The notes below the pieces were generated by a model. It made no database searches and had not been told where the DNA came from. It saw nothing but the letters and a program-made list of their open reading frames with translations. From positions 1-37,378 of the forward strand of contig CALBND010000098.1 in the NCBI GenBank assembly GCA_937896305.1: 37,378 nucleotides of DNA, written 5' to 3'. This stretch comes from an uncultured Actinomycetes bacterium (GTDB lineage Bacteria; Actinomycetota; Actinomycetes; S36-B12; UBA5976). The translations under genes were made by a program, and so were the position numbers. Of the stretch, positions 30,588 through 36,813 are shown piece after piece (position 1 is the stretch's first letter; each line of letters begins with the position of its first letter).

Positions 30588-31616
30588 ATGAGTACCGCAA
30601 AACTAAGTAACTTAGCCAATTATGATTTAAGGCAATTCACAGTTAAATATGGATTCATTGTTGTAACTGTGGTGCTCTTCTTATGGTTTGCTTTAACTGA
30701 ACCTTCATTTAGAATGGAATCAACATTGTTTTCAATGTTGAAATTTACTTCTGTAGTAGCCATCACTGGTCTTGGAGTAACTATGACAATGGTGGTCGGC
30801 GGACTTGATCTTTCTGTTGGATCGATTGCAGGGTTATCTGTAACACTTTCTGCGATGACTATGGTTATTTATGCTCAAACTGGTGCAGTTGCTTTAATAG
30901 TTGTTTTATTAGGTGGAGCGTTAGTCGGATTGTTTAATGCCTTCTTAATTGTGGTACTAAAAATTCCTGATCTCTTAGCAACCTTGGCTACAATGTTTAC
31001 AATCATGGGATTGAAACTTGTTCCAGTAGATGGACAGTCTGTTTCTTCAGGATTAATTTTACGAGATGGCAGTGTTGCTCCAGGAAAATTTACTCCAGGA
31101 TTTTTATTAATTGACCGAGCCTACATAGGGCCTGTTCCACTTCCTGTCGCCATATTTTTTGGATTAGCTTTTTTCGTTTGGTTTTTCTTGACCAGAACTA
31201 GATGGGGCAGAGTTATGTATGCAATTGGTTCAAATCCAGAAGCTGCCAGGCTTGCAGGGGTAAGAGTAAAAAGATATCGTGCTTTGGCCTACATTATGTC
31301 TGGTGTATTTGCTTCAATTGGTGGATTGATTTTGTCTTCTCGTATTGGTCAAGGAGACATCAGTGCCGGAAACTCACTTCTGCTAGACGCTGTGGCAGTT
31401 TCTTTAGTCGGAACTTCTGTATTAGGTATGGCAAGACCAAATGCTTGGGGAACAATATTAGGAGCAGTTTTAATTGGTATTGTGATCACTGGCTTAACTA
31501 TTAAAGGATTTCCTTATTACGCCCAAGATGTCGTGAAGGGCTTAGTCTTATTGACAGCTTTGATTTTCTCCTTTACTTTATCGAGGAGAAAAACTAAATT
31601 CGTACCTGCAGTTTAG
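30588..31616 (+). CDS. ABC transporter permease (RbsC/branched-chain sugar permease family)
   Basis: 342 aa, about 9-10 hydrophobic helices, GGLDLSVGS motif typical of RbsC-type permeases. Its start immediately follows the ATPase stop. Confidence 0.88.
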   Translation: MSTAKLSNLANYDLRQFTVKYGFIVVTVVLFLWFALTEPSFRMESTLFSMLKFTSVVAITGLGVTMTMVVGGLDLSVGSIAGLSVTLSAMTMVIYAQTGAVALIVVLLGGALVGLFNAFLIVVLKIPDLLATLATMFTIMGLKLVPVDGQSVSSGLILRDGSVAPGKFTPGFLLIDRAYIGPVPLPVAIFFGLAFFVWFFLTRTRWGRVMYAIGSNPEAARLAGVRVKRYRALAYIMSGVFASIGGLILSSRIGQGDISAGNSLLLDAVAVSLVGTSVLGMARPNAWGTILGAVLIGIVITGLTIKGFPYYAQDVVKGLVLLTALIFSFTLSRRKTKFVPAV

Positions 31617-31629
31617 AAAAGGAGATAAT

Positions 31630-32856
31630 GTGGCTGAAGAATATGAATTTTTATCAAAAGATAATATTTCAAGTTATTTATCAAGCAAAGCGGTCTTTTC
31701 TAAATTAATTGATTCGCAAAACATTGTTGTATTCAAAGAAGTTGGGGACGGTAATTTAAATCTCGTTTTTATTATGAAAGACAATAAAGGAAAAGGAATT
31801 GTCTTAAAGCAAGCACTTCCTTATGTACGACTTGTGGGACCAGATTGGCCCATGACACCAACCAGGGCTCGCATAGAAGCTGAAACAACAATTGCGCATT
31901 CAAAGTATGCAAAAGATTTAGTTCCAGAAATTTATGATTACGATGAATCTCGTTACATTATTGCGATGGAAGACTTATCTGATCATGTTGTTTGGCGAGG
32001 AGCGCTAAATGAAGGATTTCAATTTGAAGGTGTAGCTGGACCACTTGGAACCTATGTTGCAAAAACTGGTTTTGGAACTTCAGTTTTTACACTAGGACAA
32101 GAAACTCACAAACTAGAATTGGCTCGAGCAATTAATCCAGGATTATGTTTAATCACAGAAGATCTAGTATTCTCTGAACCATATTTTGAAAATGGAAGAA
32201 ATTCATTTCTTCCAGCAAATGAAATTGATGCAAAAGAATTGGCAAATGATTCAGATATGGTTAGAGAAATTGGAATATTGAAATATAAATTCATGACAAC
32301 TTCTGAAAGCTTAATTCATGGAGATTTACACACAGGTTCAGTAATGATTAAAGCTGAAGATAAACAATCAGCTATCAGCATTAAAGCAATCGATTCTGAA
32401 TTTGCTTTCTATGGTCCACTGGCCTTTGATCTAGGTGCTCTAATGGCAAATTATGTGATTGCAGCTGCGAGATTTTGCGCACTTGGCAAGATAGAACAGA
32501 TGCAATGGGCACTTGGACTGCCTGAACAAACCTGGGTTGCTTTTGAAAAGGAAATTCGAGCCCTTTGGCCAACTCGGGTTGATAAACGCGTATTTAACGA
32601 TGAGTTTTTGGAAGTTTTGTTGAAAACTTGGCGGGAAGACGCTTTGGGATTTACTGGTGCAAAAATGGCCAGAAGAATTGTTGGACTAGCTAAAACAACC
32701 GATATTGAAACCTTGGAACCAAATCTTCGTGAAGGTGCTGCTCGTGGGGTGCTACGAGCCGCTCGCATGATTACTAAAACCAGAAAACAAGTTAAAACTT
32801 GGGCGGACATTGCTAATGAAACAAAAGCAATTTTAACTTCAGCGGCAACAAAATAA
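31630..32856 (+). CDS. mtnK: MtnK family kinase (S-methyl-5-thioribose kinase family)
   Basis: 408 aa, GTG start after AAGGAG. EVGDGNLNLVF, KQALPYVRLVGPDWPMTPTRARIEAE and HGDLHTGSV are close matches to the Bacillus MtnK signature motifs. Confidence 0.88.
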   Translation: MAEEYEFLSKDNISSYLSSKAVFSKLIDSQNIVVFKEVGDGNLNLVFIMKDNKGKGIVLKQALPYVRLVGPDWPMTPTRARIEAETTIAHSKYAKDLVPEIYDYDESRYIIAMEDLSDHVVWRGALNEGFQFEGVAGPLGTYVAKTGFGTSVFTLGQETHKLELARAINPGLCLITEDLVFSEPYFENGRNSFLPANEIDAKELANDSDMVREIGILKYKFMTTSESLIHGDLHTGSVMIKAEDKQSAISIKAIDSEFAFYGPLAFDLGALMANYVIAAARFCALGKIEQMQWALGLPEQTWVAFEKEIRALWPTRVDKRVFNDEFLEVLLKTWREDALGFTGAKMARRIVGLAKTTDIETLEPNLREGAARGVLRAARMITKTRKQVKTWADIANETKAILTSAATK

Positions 32857-32865
32857 GGAGAAATT

Positions 32866-33225
32866 ATGAAAACACCTCGTGAAATAGCAGAATCATATTG
32901 GAAAGCAGAATGCGCTAGAGACACTGCAGCTGTTTTAAGCCACTATCATCAGGATGCAGTTTTTTGTCCACCTGGACAAGAGTTAAAAGGTCACGAACAA
33001 ATTGCTACGTTTTATGATGCTTCAGGTGAATCATTTCCTGGACTAAAAGTTGAAATATTGCATGAAGTCAGAAATGGTGATGAAAGTTGTCTTGAATGGT
33101 ATGCAACATTGACTGATAAAAATGGGAATGTATTTAATATTCCGGGAGTAAATGTAATTAAGATTAGAGATGAAAAATTTGAATCTGTTCACGCATACTT
33201 TGATCCGACTGTATTAAACGCTTAA
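32866..33225 (+). CDS. SnoaL-like / NTF2-fold small protein of unknown function
   Basis: 119 aa with strong AAGGAG Shine-Dalgarno. The N-terminal helix plus ...YHQDAVF..P... pattern and size match the SnoaL/ketosteroid-isomerase-like cone fold. It is the last gene of the plus-strand operon. Confidence 0.6.
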   Translation: MKTPREIAESYWKAECARDTAAVLSHYHQDAVFCPPGQELKGHEQIATFYDASGESFPGLKVEILHEVRNGDESCLEWYATLTDKNGNVFNIPGVNVIKIRDEKFESVHAYFDPTVLNA

Positions 33226-34325
33226 CCTTCTATTTTATCTACAATATTTCTTAGACTTTTAGCATTCTCAAGTAAGTTACCTCGGTGTAGCGCTCCACCG
33301 ATTAAAAACACGGTGTCATTGCCAAAGAAGTTAATTATTTCTGAAATTCTTTCAATCGTCATCCCACCACCAGGACTTGGCCAAATTGTTTTAATTTCAC
33401 CTAGTTGACTTCTACATGTATCAGCTATCTTTGTGCATTCATCTTTTGAAAAACTAAACCTGCCACCATAATTTGGAAACACAGAAATATCTGCTCCAGC
33501 TAAACGCATTAATGTGGCTAGAACAATTTCATGATTTATTCCATGATTTTTGCTCATAAAATGTGATCCAAGCATTGAAGGGTGACTCATGATTGGTAGA
33601 GCAATTTCATCGTTATCTGCAATTGCTCTCATAGTGTCAAAACCTGAAACTCCCGGTAGCACCATTAATGCACCACTACCTAACTGTGCTGCTCTGATTG
33701 CAGAATCAATAATTTGATCTGCAGGAAGATTGACACTGGGAGCGTAAACAGATTTAGTGCCAAATTTTTCATTAGCTTCATTAACGGCACTAGCAATAAT
33801 TTTGACGCGATCTTCCCAAAGCGCCCAAGGCTGATTGGCCAAACTGTGATCATCTTTTATTAGGTCGATCCCTGCTTCAACCATCACCACAGCTATTTGA
33901 GCCATTTCTTTTGCACTCAACCCCATTGGTTTTAAGGCAGTTGCCAATATGGGGCGATTTTTAATCCCAAAGTATTCACGTAAACCACTTATCCCAAATC
34001 TTGGTCCTTTAAATACAGCTAGTTGATCTTGTTCAAGCTCTATGTCAACTACTCGCACATCCGGAAACATCGAAACATTGCCCCATAAAACATTTAAGAG
34101 CTGGGGAAGTTCATTTCCGGTTATACCTACGTTGTAATCAATTTCTAAAAGAGAGCGATTGTTTGCTAGTGAATTTAAGTTAACGACTTGACCCACAACT
34201 TCATTTTGAATCCAAGTTGGAGCTAATTCAATGGGAAATTCTATTGTTTGTTCAACTCTGATGGCTTCAGCAACTTCTTTGGCAGAATCAGTATTTAATT
34301 CATAACTTATTCTAAAAGTACTCAT
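33222..34325 (-). CDS. RuBisCO-like protein (form IV RLP), short divergent type
   Basis: 367 aa. By-eye alignment to the RuBisCO large subunit: LKPMGLSAKE vs IKPKLGLSAKN, IDLIKDDHSLANQPW vs LDFTKDDENVNSQPF, IMSHPSM vs HIHRAMH, PSPGGGM vs VASGGIH, LIGGALH vs FGGGTLGH, and N-domain GNV retained. Confidence 0.85.
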   Translation of the reverse strand: MSTFRISYELNTDSAKEVAEAIRVEQTIEFPIELAPTWIQNEVVGQVVNLNSLANNRSLLEIDYNVGITGNELPQLLNVLWGNVSMFPDVRVVDIELEQDQLAVFKGPRFGISGLREYFGIKNRPILATALKPMGLSAKEMAQIAVVMVEAGIDLIKDDHSLANQPWALWEDRVKIIASAVNEANEKFGTKSVYAPSVNLPADQIIDSAIRAAQLGSGALMVLPGVSGFDTMRAIADNDEIALPIMSHPSMLGSHFMSKNHGINHEIVLATLMRLAGADISVFPNYGGRFSFSKDECTKIADTCRSQLGEIKTIWPSPGGGMTIERISEIINFFGNDTVFLIGGALHRGNLLENAKSLRNIVDKIEG

Positions 34326-34330
34326 AACTA

Positions 34331-35344
34331 TTACAGAGCTTCTGCTTTAGCGGTGCTATGTACGTCGATGACTCTGGTTTGTGATAACTCTTCTTCAGAT
34401 ATTTTAAGATCTTTATCCATTAATTTTTCTGTTGCTTCAATTAAACTTCTGGCACCCAATCCATATTTTTGTAACAAGTATTTTTGAGATGCACCATGTG
34501 CGTAAGTATCTTTAAGTCCAATTTTTATGAGTTTCTTGCCAATGCCATGTTCAGCCATTAAATCAGCTACAGCACTACCCAGTCCACCTATTACGCTGTG
34601 ATTTTCCATGGAAATAATTCCATGTTTAGCTGATTTTAAACTTTCAATAACTTGCGGATCGTCGAATGGCTTTAATGTTGAAATATGTAAATGCTGCACA
34701 GAAACACCATGTTCTTGCAAGGCAGGTATGGCACGCAGTGCTTCTTCTGTAGAAATACCAGAACTGATTACAGTTACATCGAAACCATTACTCAAAACTC
34801 TTGCTTGGTTAAATTGCATGGCTTCTGCTTTAGGAAAAATACGAGAAACTTCACCGCGCAGCATTCTTATGTAAACTGGGCCATCAATTTTGTGGGCTAC
34901 ATCTAATACCGATTCGACTTCGGTAGCGTCTCCGGTTTCCAAAATTGTCATGTTTGGAACGCCTCTTAAAGCATTAATGTCATCTATTGCTTGATGAGTA
35001 ACTCCTCCTGGGGTGGTGATTCCTGGCAAAAAGCCCACAAATCGAACTGGAAGATTTGGGTAAGCCACTGATAAATGAAGTTGATCAAATGGTCGACGGT
35101 AAAGAAATACAGCAAAAGTGTGCAGCCATGGTTCAAAACCTTCTCGAGCTAATCCAGCTGCAAAGGAAACCATATTTTGTTCAGCCATACCCATTGAGAT
35201 GTATCTCTCTGGGTAAATATCACGCCATTTACCAACTTCACATGAATTAGTTAAATCAGCTGTGACTACCAAAACTTTTGGTTTATCTTTGCTCCAATTA
35301 ATAAAGTTTTCAACATGTGGTCTATTTACAATTTCGTATCCCAT
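34331..35344 (-). CDS. transketolase family protein, C-terminal (pyrimidine-binding + C-terminal domain) subunit
   Basis: 337 aa. Catalytic-Glu region ISMGMAEQNMVSFAAGLA, then HTFAVF. Its ATG abuts the TAA of the N-terminal subunit gene (TAAATG). Confidence 0.88.
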   Translation of the reverse strand: MGYEIVNRPHVENFINWSKDKPKVLVVTADLTNSCEVGKWRDIYPERYISMGMAEQNMVSFAAGLAREGFEPWLHTFAVFLYRRPFDQLHLSVAYPNLPVRFVGFLPGITTPGGVTHQAIDDINALRGVPNMTILETGDATEVESVLDVAHKIDGPVYIRMLRGEVSRIFPKAEAMQFNQARVLSNGFDVTVISSGISTEEALRAIPALQEHGVSVQHLHISTLKPFDDPQVIESLKSAKHGIISMENHSVIGGLGSAVADLMAEHGIGKKLIKIGLKDTYAHGASQKYLLQKYGLGARSLIEATEKLMDKDLKISEEELSQTRVIDVHSTAKAEAL

Positions 35345-36247
35345 TTAAACCCAAGCCTCCAAAAATTCTTTGTACTTTTCCCGCTCAGCTGGACTTGAAA
35401 AACGTACATAATGCAAAGTTGGTGCTCGCTCTTGCAAGATTGGAATATCTCTTATGGGATCGGTGTAGCAAAGAATTATCTTTGGCTTATCTGTTTTTGC
35501 AGTTCCAGCAGCAAAAATTTCATCAATACTATTTCCATCTACAACCGATACGTCCCAACCAAAACTTTCAACTCTTTGTTTAAGTGGTTCAATAGACATA
35601 ACGCTTTCCATCGGCCCATCACATTGGTTTTTATTGACATCAACAATAACTTTTAGATTGTCTAATTTGTGATAACTAGAAGCAGCTAAGGCTTCCCAAG
35701 TTTGACCTTCTTGGAATTCTCCATCAGACATGAAAACCCAAACATTTCCAGTTTCTTTTTTAAATTTGCGAGCCATGGCAACTCCGCTTGCTTGGGAAAG
35801 TGCTTGAGCGAGTGAACCTGTGGTGGTTTCAAATCCAGGGGAGTGCTCAGCACCTATCATTTCAACAGTTGATCCATCTTTATTAAATTTTTCTAAAGAA
35901 CTCTCACTTAATCTTTTTGTTTCAATCAAAGCTGCATAAATGACTAGGGCATAATGAGCAGGGCTCATGAAAATTCGATCTAACTCTGGACCCTGCCGGC
36001 CGTGAAATTCTGCACCCGTGACATAACTTTTAAAAGTTTCACTAGGTACCCCCAAGAACGGTCTTGGATCTAAAGGCTTTTCCAGTGGTGTGATTTTTGC
36101 TAAACCACCATAAAGGCTGGCCAAAATTTCAGCAGCCGAACAAGCTTGGCTTAAATAACCACCGTTATTTAAAACAGTGTGTTCTAATACTCGACGTCTT
36201 ATGCCGTGGGCAATGGCCTCTACTTCGGCTTTGTTCTCAATTGTCAT
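35345..36247 (-). CDS. transketolase, N-terminal (thiamine diphosphate-binding) subunit
   Basis: 300 aa. GGYLSQACSAAEILASLY, SPAHYA, and a ThDP motif variant SDGEFQEGQTWEA...VDVNKN. Confidence 0.88.
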   Translation of the reverse strand: MTIENKAEVEAIAHGIRRRVLEHTVLNNGGYLSQACSAAEILASLYGGLAKITPLEKPLDPRPFLGVPSETFKSYVTGAEFHGRQGPELDRIFMSPAHYALVIYAALIETKRLSESSLEKFNKDGSTVEMIGAEHSPGFETTTGSLAQALSQASGVAMARKFKKETGNVWVFMSDGEFQEGQTWEALAASSYHKLDNLKVIVDVNKNQCDGPMESVMSIEPLKQRVESFGWDVSVVDGNSIDEIFAAGTAKTDKPKIILCYTDPIRDIPILQERAPTLHYVRFSSPAEREKYKEFLEAWV

Positions 36248-36273
36248 TATGTCTTGAATATAGCAAAGAGAGC

Positions 36274-36288
36274 AGTTGTCCTACAACT
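36274..36288 (-). promoter_or_regulatory. operator site 2: the same palindrome (reads AGTTGTAGGACAACT on the minus strand) upstream of the transketolase-RLP operon
   Basis: The plus strand reads AGTTGTCCTACAACT, 27-41 nt upstream of the transketolase ATG (36247). A TATATT -10-like hexamer (minus strand, 36262-36257) lies 11 nt downstream of it, and no Shine-Dalgarno is visible. Confidence 0.7.
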
Positions 36289-36302
36289 TCTGTCCAGCAT
36301 TA

Positions 36303-36336
36303 AAAAGTCCCCTTTATTTGCATAAAGGGGACTTTT
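36303..36336. terminator. intrinsic (bidirectional-looking) terminator after the whiB-like gene
   Basis: AAAAGTCCCCTTTAT (36303-36317) pairs perfectly with ATAAAGGGGACTTTT (36322-36336), loop TTGC, with an A-run before and a T-run after. It separates whiB from the transketolase promoter region. Confidence 0.85.
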
Positions 36337-36366
36337 CTTTTGGAGGGTCATTCAAAAAGACTATAT

Positions 36367-36666
36367 TTATCCAGCTATTGGCATTGGTGCTTTAACTGGG
36401 GCATAGATGGTTTCGCGATCATCTTCACTCATCGCACCCCACACCCCATAAGGTTCACGAACCGCTAGGGCATGTTCAGCACATTGACGAAGAACTGGGC
36501 AGGTGGCACAAATTGACTTGGCCAATGCGATCCTGTTCTCGCGGGCTGGGCCACGCTCACCTTCGGGATGAAAGAAAATCTCAGGATCTTCCCCACGGCA
36601 AGCACCTTTCAACTGCCAGTCCCAAATATCAGCATTTGGACCGGGCAATCTTGAGATATCAGCCAT
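36367..36666 (-). CDS. whiB: WhiB family [4Fe-4S] transcription factor (WhiB3/WhiD-like)
   Basis: 99 aa. LPGPNADIWDWQLKGACRG...FFHPEGERG...CATCPVLRQCAEHAL...PYGVWGA. Four Cys in the WhiB pattern, and an N-terminus very close to the mycobacterial WhiB3 pattern LPGPNADIWNWQ. Confidence 0.92.
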   Translation of the reverse strand: MADISRLPGPNADIWDWQLKGACRGEDPEIFFHPEGERGPARENRIALAKSICATCPVLRQCAEHALAVREPYGVWGAMSEDDRETIYAPVKAPMPIAG

Positions 36667-36813
36667 TTAGGGCTCCTTTGATTGTTACTTCTACTTAAAA
36701 CTATATAGATTGTTCATAAGTTAGTCAATCAAAAGCAATGAACAGTTTAGTGAAATAGGTCATAGTGGGGAACTCAGGTAGCCAAAAGTGGTGAAGTTAG
36801 GCAGACTTTAGCC

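Noticed and set aside
33222-34325. A genuine CO2-fixing RuBisCO large subunit
   Set aside because: Lys177, Glu204, Arg295 and His327 equivalents are substituted in my manual alignment, and the N-terminal TGTW motif is absent. The protein is only 367 aa. No small subunit, phosphoribulokinase or carboxysome genes are nearby. It is a form IV RLP.
24010-36366. A mobile genomic island, prophage or ICE
   Set aside because: No integrase, transposase, recombinase, tRNA attachment site or flanking direct repeats are visible. By eye, codon usage and AT-richness look like the flanks, though this was not computed.
36667-36813. Inverted repeat TGTTCAT-N21-ATGAACA in the whiB/MerR divergent spacer, as a regulatory site
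   Set aside because: The arms are only 7 bp with a long AT-rich spacer, and it resembles neither the CRP-type TGTGA-N6-TCACA site nor any other consensus I know. It is easily explained by chance in AT-rich DNA.
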